Below the pieces are notes generated by a model, which saw only the letters and a program-made list of their open reading frames with translations, made no database searches and was not told the origin of the DNA. The translations under genes were made by a program, and so were the position numbers. This document shows positions 52,871 to 64,000 of a stretch of DNA of 64,000 nucleotides, piece after piece; the stretch's first letter is position 1; each line of letters begins with the position of its first letter. Source of the DNA: an uncultured candidate division Zixibacteria bacterium (GTDB taxonomy: Bacteria > Zixibacteria > MSB-5A5 > UBA10806); NCBI GenBank assembly GCA_963801605.1, contig CAWDFP010000006.1:1536001-1600000 (forward strand), given 5' to 3'.

Positions 52871-52959
52871 ATTAGACTCCTTTGTTAAACCTATTACTCC
52901 AGGTCTATTGACCGGGACACGAATACAACCTAATTACAATTTTATTAGTTCCAAATTCC

Positions 52960-54494
52960 CTATTGTTCCGGAGTTACCGCAACAAATATGTTGGCCTTAC
53001 CTCGTTTGATGTAAAATGAAACCGGCTTCGTGCTCTTTTTCAGGCTTCGCCGCGATTTTATAAAAATCATCCGCAGCATTTGAATATCCTTGGCCGCCAA
53101 CCTTAAGGACTATATCCCCAGCCACTAAACCGGCATCGTCAGCCGGGCTGCCAGGTTCCACATCGACAATAATGGCGCCCGGATCGTATTCGACACCGTA
53201 CTGGCTGGCGTTATCCTGCGGTAAGAGTTTCAACCGAAAACCCGAGCCATCGGTCTTGCTCCTTATCCTCGGCGGGCTGTCTCCTGTTTGGAACTGTACA
53301 AAGTCGGTCCGATCACCAAGCTTCAGATCGATATTTTTTGTGGAGCCGTTACGCCAGACCTCGAGATTAACAGTTGCGATCCCGGGCCAGCATTGGCTAC
53401 CAGGAAACGGAACTGCTGAGCATCGCTAACCGTCTTGCCATTAAACCTAGTGACCACATCTCCCACCTTAAGACCAGCTTTCTCGGCGGGAGTATCTTTA
53501 TCGACCTGGGCAACCAAGAGCGCCCTGAGTCGATGGCAGGCTGTTGGCGTTCTTAAGATCCTCGGTAATATCCTGAGGATAAACGCCCAAATAGCCACGG
53601 ACCACCTTGCCGCTTTTCATAAGCTGCTCGGCTACATCCTTGGCCATATTGATAGGAATAGCAAAGCCTATGCCGACATTGCCGCCGGTCGGAGTGGCGA
53701 TAGCAGAGTTAATCCCGATAGCCTCACCCTGCAAATTAACCAGCGGTCCGCCGGAATTGCCAGGATTAATGGAAGCATCGGTTTGAATATAATTTTGATA
53801 GGAGGGATTGTCGCCTCCGAAGGTCAAGCCCTGCCGTCCCTTAGCGGAAACGACGCCGACTGTGACAGTACGATCTAAGCCTAAGTTGGGGAATGGATTT
53901 CCGACCGCCATGACCCAATCACCCACCAGGATGGAATCTGAGTCTCCTAACTTGATGGCTGGTAAATCGTTACCGGCATCAATCTTGAGAACGGCAACAT
54001 CGGTTTCTTTATCAGCGCCGATAATTTCGGCTTTATAGCGATGTTGGTCGCTAAGGGTCACGGTGACTTTCTCGGCTCCCTCGACAACGTGATTATTCGT
54101 TAAAATATATCCATCGTGGCTGATGATGAATCCCGATCCCAGGGATTCCGAGCGCCTCATGCGCGGCTGACTGGGAGTTCTGACCCTGGGGAAGCCCGAA
54201 AAATCTCCTGAAAAAATCGTCATCCATAAAATTATGGAATTTATCTTCGGTGACCGACTCGGCAGAAATGTTAACAACGGCCGGTCTGACTATTTCGGCA
54301 ACAGCCACAAAAGGCGAATGCCCATTCATTGGTGCGATATCGGCTGTACTTGCAACCTGCCCTGAGCGCTGAGGTTCAGCCTTGAGCTTATCGGGTATGG
54401 ATAAATTCGAGCCAATGATCATCCCGACAAGAGCGAAGACTACCCCAACCAAGAGCACCAGCACCACACCTCGAAACTGCGCCCAGTACCTCAT
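52960..54494 (-). CDS. DegP/HtrA serine protease with two PDZ domains (several indels)
   Basis: [36 protein letters not shown] motifs PAEKAGL and PADDAGL. Confidence 0.92.
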
Positions 54495-54525
54495 TTTCTA
54501 TTCCTCCTAATTTTGTTAAACCCGT

Positions 54526-54554
54526 ATCCTAATGATTAAAATTGCATTTGTCAA
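54526..54554 (-). promoter_or_regulatory. sigma70-type promoter for the minus-strand htrA gene
   Basis: Minus strand reads TTGACA-17 nt-TAGGAT. Confidence 0.55.
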
Positions 54555-54944
54555 TTTTTTTCTAATACTATAATTGGGTAAAAATGTTCCAGTTTTTAAC
54601 GACTGCTTGCCAAATGAGCAGGTTTTTCTATTTCTTTAGCGTGAATACCAACAATCTATCCTCACCTTTGACGCCAATTGCGCTCATATCTGCCAAAGAG
54701 GTTTCAATCAATTAAACGGTAAGAATTCCTATTAAGTTCGATAAAATTATCTAATTTCACTAAAAATAAATAATGGCAGAAAGGGAACGTCGGGGCACTC
54801 TATCATTATAATAATTAAATGTTTATCGTGGCACTAATTGCTGGCAAAAACCGGCGCAATAAGGTATAATTGGTCCTAATAGTGGAGAGATAAAGGAGCA
54901 AAATTAATGAATAAATCAATTTCGATTTCAGGGGGAAGCCTCAA

Positions 54945-56310
54945 ATGAAAAAAGGCTGGCTTATATTCTTGTGCTTTTCGGTAATTTCATTCGGAAGCGC
55001 CCAGGCCCAAAACAAAGGGCTGGAAATTTTCGATGAGTTAAAATCGTTGATTATTTCGGTCTCCGATTCCATTACTCCGGCAGTGGTTCATATCGAGGTA
55101 ATTAAAAAGCAGGATACCCAGAGATATCAATCGCTGGGGTCAGGATTGATTATTGATGCGAGCGGCTATATTCTGACAAACGATCATGTGGTTGATAAAT
55201 ACGTGGAAGTTACTGTTACTCCGGAATCGAACCGCGAATACCGCGCCAAAGTGATTGGCACTGATAAGCTCACCGACCTGGCATTGCTTAAAATCGAGGT
55301 TCCTCCGGATGTACATCTGCATGTAGCCAAACTTGGAAATTCCGACTCCCTGCAAGTAGGGGAATGGGTGATCGCTGTAGGCAATCCTTATGGATTCGAC
55401 CGGACGGTATCGTTTGGCATAGTATCCGGTAAAGGACGGGTTTTGAGCGCGCAATCGAGTACTCCGCTATTGAACGATTTTATCCAAACTGACGCAGCTA
55501 TTGCGCCGGGATCATCGGGGGGCCCGCTGGTGAATTTGAAGGGCGAGGTTATAGGTATCAATTCGCGCGGAGTGGGGCAAACCCAGGGATTCACCATTCC
55601 GATCAATATCGCTATTGAGGTCAAAGACAAGCTGCTTAAAAGCGGCGGTATAGAGCGGGGATGGCTGGGAATCGTAACGCAGCCCTTGAATCGAAGTTTC
55701 GCCAAATATCTGGGGAAGCCCGATATGGAAGGAATCGTGATTTCGGATATAATCGAAAACTCCCCGGCCGATAAAGCGGGACTCAAACCGGGCGACGTTT
55801 TACTTAATTACGGCACTGAAAAACTGAGCGCCGAAAAAGTTGATGATCTTAACAAGCTTTCGCTGATGATTTCACAGAGTTCGATTGGCTCCAAGCAGGC
55901 AGTCACAATTTATCGCAATGGCGACAGCAAAAAGATTACCGTTGTAATCGGTGAGCAGCCTAAGATCAACGCCGATGAGTACGAAACCAATTTTGGGTTC
56001 ACGGTTAAGGAAATTACCGATGATATGTTCCGGTCTCTTCTGCTGGAAACCAAGGAGGGCGTTTACGTCTCATTCGTTGATGTCGGCACTATCGCGGATA
56101 AGGGCAATTTATTCGATGGCGATGTTATCACCGAGGTCAATCATCAACCAACCCCCGATTTTAAGAGCTTTCAAAGCCGCTATAATCAAGAATGCCAACA
56201 AAAATTATATTTTACTTTCGGTCCTGCGCGGCAAGGAACACAGGCTGGCCTTATTGGATAAATCCAGCGTTCCCAGCGACTCTTTAAGCAATAATAAAAT
56301 CGAACAATAG
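54945..56310 (+). CDS. Second HtrA/DegP-family protease with PDZ domains (indel near 56175)
   Basis: Signal peptide; GSGLII..LTNDHV, LTDLA, QTDAAIAPGSSGGPL; PADKAGL. Confidence 0.9.
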
Positions 56311-56337
56311 AAATTTCAGTTAATAATTTGATTGTTG

Positions 56338-56370
56338 AATAGGGCGTCTGAACGGCGCCCTATTTGTTTT
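56338..56370 (+). terminator. Intrinsic terminator
   Basis: AATAGGGCG/CGCCCTATT stem followed by TGTTTT. Confidence 0.7.
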
Positions 56371-56494
56371 CCGGTAATTTAAAGATCTAAAGTTCAGCGA
56401 TTGCGGAATTACAACTGATATTGACTATCAAGGCAGGGCAATCTAAATTATAGAATGACAATTGAAATGAGAAAACGCGGGATTACGAAAAGCA

Positions 56495-57736
56495 ATGGAT
56501 AATTCATATTTAATTCTTCTGATATTCATTCTTACCTATATATTTATCGCGATCCAGAATTTTCCCGGGTTAAAGATCGATCGTCCGGCGGGAGTGGTAA
56601 TTGGCAGTACTCTACTTATTCTGACTGGCTTATTTACAATCCGCGAAGCATACAGCTTTATAGATTGGGATGTCATCACATTTCTGCTGGGTATGATGGT
56701 GATGATAGCCTACCTGGAATTTGCAGGCTTTTTCGGATATATCGCTTACTGGCTGGTTAGGGTATCGCATTCGACGTCAGGACTATTGTGGGCGACGATA
56801 CTGTGTTCAGCTTTACTTTCGGCGTTTTTTGTCAACGATACAATCTGTCTTCTTTTTACGCCGATTATTCTCAAAGCGACAAGATTCCTGAAGCTTAATC
56901 CGATTCCATATTTAATCGCAATTGCGACAGCATCCAACGTTGGTTCAGCGCTGACGATAACTGGCAATCCCCAGAATATGTATATCGGAATTCAGTCAGC
57001 GATACCGTTCTTGAGATTTTCGCTGGTCATGTTCATTCCGGTTGCTATCGGGATTGGCTTGATCTATGTGGTTATCAGGCTGATTTACAGCAAAGAGATC
57101 AGCCGCGAGCAATTACCGATATTCGAATCGCTTCCGCCGGTATTGAAACGAATTCTTACATTCAAGACACTTGGGGCTCTGGCCGTTACGCTGATACTTT
57201 TTATTATCGGAATTGGATATCCGCTGGCAGCCCTGGTAGGGGCATCCATAATATTTTTAATCGGCAGGGTTCCACATCGCTATGTGCTCAAGGAATTGGA
57301 TTGGAGCGTGCTGCTATTTTTTGCAGGATTATTTATTGTGATGGGTGCCTTTGAAAAAGCAGGGTATTTAGCAAAAATGCTTGGATTCGCCAGCCAGTAT
57401 GTATCTCAAAGCAACTTGAGTGGATTTTTGGGATTGTCGGCCCTGACGGCGGTGCTTTCTAATATCGTTAGTAATGTTCCGGCCGTAATTCTGATGAAGC
57501 CGCTAATGGCGCATCTGGGCGGAGGAACCAGGCTCTGGCTGCTTCTGGCGATGGCGTCGACATTTGCCGGTAATCTGACATTGATAGGCTCGGTGGCCAA
57601 TCTGATTGTGGCCGAGAAGGCACAGACGCAGCATGTTCGGCTGGGCTTTATTGATTATTTAAAGGCCGGTCTGCCGATAACAATTATAACTATAGTAATA
57701 GGCACCGTCTGGATTTACTGGGTTGTCGCGGGCTGA
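56495..57736 (+). CDS. ArsB/NhaD/CitM-superfamily anion permease
   Basis: IDRP, LSAFFVND, SNVGSALTITGNPQN, SNIVSNVPAV, STFAGNLTLIGSVANLIV. Confidence 0.88.
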   Translation: MDNSYLILLIFILTYIFIAIQNFPGLKIDRPAGVVIGSTLLILTGLFTIREAYSFIDWDVITFLLGMMVMIAYLEFAGFFGYIAYWLVRVSHSTSGLLWATILCSALLSAFFVNDTICLLFTPIILKATRFLKLNPIPYLIAIATASNVGSALTITGNPQNMYIGIQSAIPFLRFSLVMFIPVAIGIGLIYVVIRLIYSKEISREQLPIFESLPPVLKRILTFKTLGALAVTLILFIIGIGYPLAALVGASIIFLIGRVPHRYVLKELDWSVLLFFAGLFIVMGAFEKAGYLAKMLGFASQYVSQSNLSGFLGLSALTAVLSNIVSNVPAVILMKPLMAHLGGGTRLWLLLAMASTFAGNLTLIGSVANLIVAEKAQTQHVRLGFIDYLKAGLPITIITIVIGTVWIYWVVAG

Positions 57737-57806
57737 GATTTATCGATGGCGAGATAGACAACCTTTTAAGTTGCATTTCCGGGTGCTATGAAATAGATTC
57801 CAAATC

Positions 57807-58492
57807 ATGAAAAAGATTATGATAATATTGATAGTTGCCGCGTTAGCAGTGCCGGCGCTGGCGCAACATCGGCAGCGCGGCGCAGGACGGTACAGTTCCG
57901 ACGGATGCTACTTTTTGTTAGGCGGGACCGTAGGACCGTCGTTCTCGAATTTCTTCGATCATCTCAACAATACCTATCCCACGAGCAAGATGAAGAATTT
58001 CGGCGGCAATGTTTCATTTGCATTAGGTTATATTTCCGATTTCATCGCAATTTCGCAATCGATGCCGGCTTTTCGATCTACAGCCTTAAATCCAAAGGCG
58101 TATTTTATGATACGGGGGGATTTAGCCAGGGGAGAATTAATCGCGAGATCGATTACCAGGCCGCAATTTTTACCGGCACAATTCCGATTTATTTCGAATT
58201 CAGCCCCACTCAGCCGGTGGTGCCGTATGTCGGGGTGGGACTATCGATCTTTTCGATGCGTCTCGATGATTATTTCAACAGCGATGCCTTGCGTGATTCC
58301 CGCACGGCGGTTGGCGGCCATTTCGAGGCCGGCCTGGGGGTCAAGCTGACGCCTACGATCTGGCTGGATTTGCGCGGGAGATGGCATGGGGGCAGCGGTC
58401 ATTTTATGACCTTTGAAAATAATTTCAAAGATTTTACTATCAAGCAAAACGTTTCGCAGTACAGCCTGGGAGTAGATTATTTCTTCCGTTAG
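57807..58492 (+). CDS. Small outer-membrane beta-barrel protein (indel near 58035)
   Basis: Signal peptide; PYVGVGLS, GGHFEAGLG; C-terminal LGVDYFF aromatic signal. Confidence 0.75.
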
Positions 58493-59280
58493 ATTTTATC
58501 TCGGGCTTATCATAATTTTTGCCGCGATTTTAATTAACTGCGCTCCGAAGCCTCCGGCGCCAATTATTGTGCCATCTATCAAACCTTTACCGGCGCCGTT
58601 TAATCTCAATGTCCAAGCTGAAAGCCGCAAGGCAACATTATACTGGTCAATAGATCGTTCACAGGCGCAGGTGATATCGGGCTATAATATTTATCTCGGC
58701 GACGATTCGGCGGTGAGCGATACTGCCGCGTGGAAGAAAATGCCGGGAACGCCATATAACCCGACTCCTTATCCGGGCGATACCGATGGCGACAACAGCA
58801 AAGAATCGATGCCGCTGGATCGTTTGACAAACGGCCGAACCTATTACGTTATGGTGCGGACAGTGGGGCCGGACGGCAGAGAATCGGAGTCCTCGAATTT
58901 GACGGTATTCAGACCGCTGGCGCAGGGAAGTTTTATTATCTCATCCAATCACGAGGCATCAGATGGCGGTTTTAATTTCGAGGATGAATCATCGGCGCCG
59001 GGGCGCGGGCCTCGAAGCGATATTTATCTTTACGACAATGGCGCCAAAGTGGGGTTATCATCACCAAGCAGGTTAGGGGCCGGGATGCGCAGGAGTTTGA
59101 TTTTTGAATCAGGCAGTGATCAAGAGCGGCGATGAGACCGTTCAAATCTCGACAGGGGAGAAGTTGATCGTAAAGACTAAGGCGGGACGAGCCGAAATTA
59201 CAATAGAAGAGATTATTGGGAAATATCCGGAGACGAAAGCGCGAATAGATTATAAATACTTTCCCGATAATCCGAAATAA
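58479..59280 (+). CDS. Lipoprotein with fibronectin type III domain (start uncertain, indel near 59130)
   Basis: In-frame LGLIIIFAAILIN-C lipobox; PAPFNL..LYW..GYNIY..LTNGRTYYVMVRTV..ESESS. Confidence 0.65.
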
Positions 59281-59284
59281 GGGC

Positions 59285-59313
59285 TTGACCGTCAATAGCG
59301 CTCTGGCTATATT
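59285..59313 (+). promoter_or_regulatory. sigma70-type promoter for tRNA-Phe
   Basis: TTGACC-17 nt-TATATT. Confidence 0.65.
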
Positions 59314-59329
59314 CACCGAAACTTAAGAT

Positions 59330-59402
<73 letters not shown>

Positions 59403-59455
59403 TTTTTGTTTTTTAGGAAAGTAAATCTAATATTATTTAAAATTCGATATTAGCC

Positions 59456-59860
59456 CTACGGTTTGATTTTATCCAGGGTCATCTCGCTTAGGGTTTCTTT
59501 CAGTTTATATTGAAGCGGTACCCAGAAAACCTGAGCGGTGCAATATTTACGTTTCGGTTTGCCGGCTTTCGAATGATGATCGTCAACGCAAGATACAATT
59601 TTAAGCGTACCGTCCATAGCCTCGATAATATCCAGGAAAGAAATTTTATTGGCGGGTTTAGCCAGCTTATAGCCTCCAAAATAACCGCGATGGCTTTTTA
59701 GCAGGCCGGTCATCACCAATTCCCGCAATATTTTGGCAAGATATTCTCTGGGGATACTCTCCTGTTCGGCAATTTCATTGATCGAACTGACCTTGTCCCT
59801 CATCGCCGCTACATATAACATGGCATGAATGGCATGCTCAGCCTTAACGGAAACTTTCAT
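59456..59860 (-). CDS. Rrf2-family transcriptional regulator
   Basis: EIAEQESIPREYLAKIL..GLLKSHRG..GGYKLA..ISFLDIIEAMDG; two Cys in the C-terminal loop. Confidence 0.92.
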   Translation of the reverse strand: MKVSVKAEHAIHAMLYVAAMRDKVSSINEIAEQESIPREYLAKILRELVMTGLLKSHRGYFGGYKLAKPANKISFLDIIEAMDGTLKIVSCVDDHHSKAGKPKRKYCTAQVFWVPLQYKLKETLSEMTLDKIKP

Positions 59861-60007
59861 AATGTATCCTTTCCCTTAGGATTGTATTGCTTCCCATAGA
59901 ACCTCTATCCCGCTGCTATCAGTATTATAGCATTTATAATTAATACATTCAACCAAAAATATCAAAATCAGAAAATTAAATAGGGCTGTCAGAATGGCAG
60001 TTTTTAT

Positions 60008-60036
60008 TTGAATAATTAGACATCTACGCATATAAT
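60008..60036 (+). promoter_or_regulatory. sigma70-type promoter, probably producing a leaderless rnr mRNA
   Basis: TTGAAT-17 nt-TATAAT ending 7 nt before ATG 60044; no SD. Confidence 0.6.
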
Positions 60037-60043
60037 AAGACAA

Positions 60044-62191
60044 ATGTACAAGATAACATTAGAAGATATTAAAAAGAATCTCAAGGATGACTCCAAGCCT
60101 CTGAAGATTCGTGATCTGGCCAAGCGGATGGGAGTTCCACAGGAGGATTACCCGAATTTCCGACGCTTGATCAAAGATGCTATTTCGTCCGGCCAGTTGC
60201 TCAAGGCGCGCGGGGGACGGTTGGTCGCCGAACCGAAAAAGGGGTTTACCCAGGGCAAACTATACATGGCGCGAAGCGGTCACGGATTTGTGATCCCCGA
60301 TAATAAGAGCGGCGAGATATATATCGCTCCTCGCGATCTCGGAGGGGCGCTGCATGGCGAACAGGTGAGACTCATTATAAAAGATACCAGGGCCGGCAAA
60401 AATCGAGAGGGAAAAATCGTTGGAGTAATAGATCGGGAAAAGGGGCGGCTGGTCGGACATCTTTATAAAAGCCGGTATGGAATGTATATCGTCGCGGACG
60501 ATCCTCATTATAAAGGAAATATAGAAATCGATAATCCCCGCGGATTGAACTTGAGCGAAGACTTGATGGTCACGGTCAGGCTGGCGCCGTGGGAGGCGCC
60601 ATATCTGCCGCCCAGGGGCTCTGTCGAGGAGGTTCTCGGTAAGGCAGGTTCACCGGGAGTGGATATCGATTCGCTGATCGTTTCACGCGGGCTGCCGCGG
60701 GAGTTTGATCAATCTGTCAAACCGGAACTGGCCAAGATAAGACGAGCCATTCCCAAAGCAGAACTTGCGCACCGTCGGGATTTGCGGGATTTGTTGATAT
60801 TCACTATCGACCCCGCTGATGCCAAGGATCATGATGATGCCATCAGCTTAGAGCCGCTCAAAGGCGGAAAGATGAGGCTGGGAGTGCATATCGCCGATGT
60901 ATCCCATTACGTGCGCGAGGGATCGATGCTGGATCATGAGGCGCATGTCAGGGGCAATTCGGTTTATCTGGTCGATAGAGTTATCCCGATGTTGCCCGAA
61001 AAGCTTTCGAGCGATATCTGTAGTTTGATCGAAAATGAAGATCGTTTGACAATCTCCTTTATCGCCGAACTCGATGCAGAGGCCAAAGTCCTGAGCTGGG
61101 AGTTTGTGGAAAGCGTTATCAAAAGCAAAGCGTCACTAAATTACGATGAAGTCCAGCATTATTATGACGCCCGCGCCAAAAGCAAAATAGATAGCGTCGC
61201 GGGAAAGGCGCTCGATCAGATGCTAAAGCTATCTCAAACTCTTCGTAAAAAGCGTTTGGAAAAGGGGAGCCTCGATTTTGACCTTCCAGAACCTAAGATA
61301 CATCTCGATGCTGAAGGGCATGTGATCGATATCTTCGTGCAGGCCCGGATACCGTCCTACCAGGTTGTAGAGGAATTCATGCTTTTGGCCAACCGTTATG
61401 CGGCCAGCTTTTTGGGAACGCATGGCGCCCCAATACTCTATCGAGTGCATGACAAACCAGATAAAGAAAAGATCGAAAATTTCGGCGCCCTTCTTCGAGA
61501 GATGGGATATGATTTCAGTTTCCGGGGGGAGATTACTCCCAAGAAGCTGCAGCGAGTTTTAGAAACGGTCAAAGATAAACCCGAGGAGCCGTTTGTAGAG
61601 GAGATATTGCTGCGATCGCTGGCAAAGGCCGTTTATCAGCCGGATAATATTGGCCATTTCGGGCTGGCGTTTCCGATTTATACGCATTTTACATCACCCA
61701 TTCGCCGCTATCCCGATCTACTGGTTCATCGCATGTTAAGGCTGGTACTGAATCACAAGCTGACATCGCTAATAGCATCTGAGGTAGCATCCGTGCTTAA
61801 GGCTACCGGCGCGCATTGCACCGCGACCGAGATAGCGGCCGACGAAGCCGAACGCGATTCGGTTAAAATCAAGCAACTCGAATATCTTTATGAACGAGTC
61901 GGCGGAGTGTTCGACGGTATTATCTCCGGGGTGGTCAGGGCAGGCTTTTTTGTGGAGTTGATGGCGACTATGGTAGAAGGATTTGTGCCGTTTAATACAA
62001 TTCGGGATGATTATTTTATTTTCGAGGAAGGCAAGCATCGCGCTTATGGCCGTCGCTCCGGCCGGGTCTTCAAGCTGGGGGATAAGGTCCGGGTCCTGGT
62101 AGTCAAAGTAGAAATGGAGAACAAACGGGCCGAATTTAATCTCGTAAGTAATGAACCAGTTGCTAAGACAAAGAAAGCTACAAAAAGATGA
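60044..62191 (+). CDS. rnr: Ribonuclease R
   Basis: N-terminal HTH and CSD; FTIDPADAKDHDDA, HIADVS, HFGLA..YTHFTSPIRRYPDL; C-terminal S1 domain. Confidence 0.96.
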   Translation: MYKITLEDIKKNLKDDSKPLKIRDLAKRMGVPQEDYPNFRRLIKDAISSGQLLKARGGRLVAEPKKGFTQGKLYMARSGHGFVIPDNKSGEIYIAPRDLGGALHGEQVRLIIKDTRAGKNREGKIVGVIDREKGRLVGHLYKSRYGMYIVADDPHYKGNIEIDNPRGLNLSEDLMVTVRLAPWEAPYLPPRGSVEEVLGKAGSPGVDIDSLIVSRGLPREFDQSVKPELAKIRRAIPKAELAHRRDLRDLLIFTIDPADAKDHDDAISLEPLKGGKMRLGVHIADVSHYVREGSMLDHEAHVRGNSVYLVDRVIPMLPEKLSSDICSLIENEDRLTISFIAELDAEAKVLSWEFVESVIKSKASLNYDEVQHYYDARAKSKIDSVAGKALDQMLKLSQTLRKKRLEKGSLDFDLPEPKIHLDAEGHVIDIFVQARIPSYQVVEEFMLLANRYAASFLGTHGAPILYRVHDKPDKEKIENFGALLREMGYDFSFRGEITPKKLQRVLETVKDKPEEPFVEEILLRSLAKAVYQPDNIGHFGLAFPIYTHFTSPIRRYPDLLVHRMLRLVLNHKLTSLIASEVASVLKATGAHCTATEIAADEAERDSVKIKQLEYLYERVGGVFDGIISGVVRAGFFVELMATMVEGFVPFNTIRDDYFIFEEGKHRAYGRRSGRVFKLGDKVRVLVVKVEMENKRAEFNLVSNEPVAKTKKATKR

Positions 62192-63615
62192 TCTATATAT
62201 TCAGTCGGGATAAGGGACTTGCGGATAATATCACGCCTGCTTTTTCGGGGAATCAGGTGGAGATGATAACTGACGAAGCCAGGCTGGCGGCCTCGATTGG
62301 TAAAGCCGATGGTATCATCTTTGATTTACGCAGCGAGCCTTTTCCGATTAAGTTGATGGAGCGGGTATACTTTGAATCGCCTGCCATTCCAGTTATCGTG
62401 CTATATCAATATAGTAATATCCCCGAGGAGAATCTCTATGACCGCAGCCTGAGCTGGCCTGTTGAACCATCCGAAATGGCGCGCGCATTCGATGAAGTTA
62501 AAAACGACAGAGCAGCTATCGAATCATGCGGGCTGGTCGGCCGTTCAAAGGAATTGGCCTCCGCCGCGAGAACGGTATTGCAAGTAGCTCCGTCCGATGT
62601 TAACGTGCTTATCACCGGGCCATCGGGGGCGGGCAAGGAGATGATAGCCAGGGCTATTCATGATAAATCGAATAAGCCCCAAAGCCCTTTTGTCGCTGTA
62701 AATGTAGCCGCGATGGCACCCGGAATTATTGAATCAGAACTATTCGGCCATGAAAAAGGATCATTTACCGGCGCTAATACCCGGCGAGTCGGGGTTTTCG
62801 AACAAGCTTCAGGAGGAGTGATATTCCTCGATGAGATAGGGGAGATACCGCTTGAAATTCAAGCCAAACTGCTAAGAGTATTAGAGCAGCGCAGTTTTAC
62901 AAGAGTTGGCGGCAATATCTCCATAAAAGCAGATTTCCGTCTGGTGGCCGCCACTAATCGAGAGTTGGCAGAGGATGTATCCACCGGGCGATTCCGAGAG
63001 GATCTCTTTTACCGTCTCAGGGTCGTTTCGATTGATTTGCCGGCGCTTTCCCAGCGCAAAGCCGATATATCGCCTCTGGCGTTTTATTTTCTAAATTTAC
63101 GAAAACGCGAACTTGGTAACGATATTTTGGGAATAGAACCGGGAGCTATGAAACTTTTTCATCGTTACAATTGGCCGGGTAACGTGCGCGAGCTCAAAAA
63201 CGTGATCGATTCATTTACCATAACAAATATATCCGGCAGGATTTCGGGCGCGGATTTCGAAAAGTATATGATGGAAAATGCGCCTCGCTCAAATTATCTT
63301 CCGGTGATAACCAAGCGAACGCCGGAAGCGGCGGAACATCAATTGCTGTTTCAGGCTCTGGTGGCTTTGACTAATGAAGTCATGTCGCTGAAGCAGCTAA
63401 TCGAGCGGGAATTGAATCGTACTCATGTTGCCGAAACAACTCTGTCTGAACCCATTTCCCCGTCATATAATTCGGTCAATGTCGAGGATATGGAAAAGAT
63501 ACTGGTAACGAGAGCCTTATCGGAGGCTCATGGCAATAGAAAGAAGGCTGCTGAGCTATTGGGTATCGGCGAACGCACTCTATATCGGAAACTCGATAAA
63601 TTTGGCCTCAAGTGA
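62188..63615 (+). CDS. sigma54-interacting (NtrC-like) AAA+ regulator with Fis HTH
   Basis: [63 protein letters not shown]. Confidence 0.92.
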   Translation: MIYIFSRDKGLADNITPAFSGNQVEMITDEARLAASIGKADGIIFDLRSEPFPIKLMERVYFESPAIPVIVLYQYSNIPEENLYDRSLSWPVEPSEMARAFDEVKNDRAAIESCGLVGRSKELASAARTVLQVAPSDVNVLITGPSGAGKEMIARAIHDKSNKPQSPFVAVNVAAMAPGIIESELFGHEKGSFTGANTRRVGVFEQASGGVIFLDEIGEIPLEIQAKLLRVLEQRSFTRVGGNISIKADFRLVAATNRELAEDVSTGRFREDLFYRLRVVSIDLPALSQRKADISPLAFYFLNLRKRELGNDILGIEPGAMKLFHRYNWPGNVRELKNVIDSFTITNISGRISGADFEKYMMENAPRSNYLPVITKRTPEAAEHQLLFQALVALTNEVMSLKQLIERELNRTHVAETTLSEPISPSYNSVNVEDMEKILVTRALSEAHGNRKKAAELLGIGERTLYRKLDKFGLK

Positions 63616-64000
63616 GATTTCAAAAAATCGCTCTGGCGGCAATTGCGCCGCTATTCCTTTTATCATATCACGCTAATGCCCAATGGATCGGTCAGATTCA
63701 AACCGAATCCGATTGGGATTTTCTTCTGGAACAAGGATATTTCGATTTTGGCAGCTATCAACTCTATCGCGATTTGGCGGAAGGGGCATCCGTTAAAGAT
63801 ACGATAGAATATATCCAGTCGGCGCTGGGCAACAATCCGGCGGATTTGATCTCGCCACTGGGAAATGCTGATGCTATTCAATCCCTGCAAGAAACATCAT
63901 CTCGACGAGGCTATCTGCGCTCCGGGCAGAGAGTCAGGGAAGGCCAAAACTCCGGCTATTTGCTGCTCTCGAATGCATATCAGAACATTGGAGTCGTATT
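63612..64000 (+). CDS. Probable start of a secreted protein, broken by indels and truncated by the window edge
   Basis: GTGA overlap with the previous stop; signal-like KIALAAIAPLFL segment. Confidence 0.35.
   Translation, partial: MRFQKIALAAIAPLFLLSYHANAQWIGQIQTESDWDFLLEQGYFDFGSYQLYRDLAEGASVKDTIEYIQSALGNNPADLISPLGNADAIQSLQETSSRRGYLRSGQRVREGQNSGYLLLSNAYQNIGVV

Noticed and set aside
49289..54592. Shared ECF-like GGAAC promoter motif upstream of the FG-GAP gene, the sigma gene and htrA
   Set aside because: Spacing to a putative -10 element is inconsistent between the three sites; too weak to call
5740..59280. Frameshifts in about 20 genes (sucC, korA, mdh, icd, nfo, sigma, htrA and others) as programmed frameshifting or mass pseudogenisation
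   Set aside because: They hit conserved housekeeping genes, often at short homopolymers, and the reading frames resume intact without accumulated stops; uncorrected long-read indels are the simplest explanation

Overview
A 64-kb bacterial chromosomal segment. Five proteins carry an NYPNPFN-type C-terminal sorting domain and there is a short RpoD-type sigma factor, which points to an FCB-superphylum organism, possibly Zixibacteria-like (inference only). In order, it holds: three tandem secreted beta-propeller paralogues; a TCA/2-oxoacid cluster (sucCD, four-subunit 2-oxoacid:ferredoxin oxidoreductase, ndk, LarA-family, mdh, LeuC/LeuD-type hydratase, icd); a repeat-bounded accessory islet (DUF1003-like gene and an AT-rich PIN-like membrane protein); pth-rpsF-ssb-rpsR-rplI through larE; a Gld-type ABC system; a Cys/Met PLP lyase; a Cyc2-like cytochrome-porin with a partner cytochrome c; nfo, pyrE, two further secreted repeat proteins, a sigma factor, two divergent HtrA proteases, tRNA-Phe, Rrf2, rnr and a sigma54-type activator. 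Intergenic spaces are densely filled with GTAG-headed REP-like hairpins. Many conserved genes are split by single-base indels, most likely uncorrected long-read errors, so several gene models were stitched by eye. The best candidates for novelty are the Cyc2 + cytochrome c pair, the LarA-Mdh-LeuCD block in a TCA cluster (with histone-H1-like tails on SucD and probably LeuC), REP-bounded cargo genes, and an unexplained structured element at about 31.6-31.9 kb.
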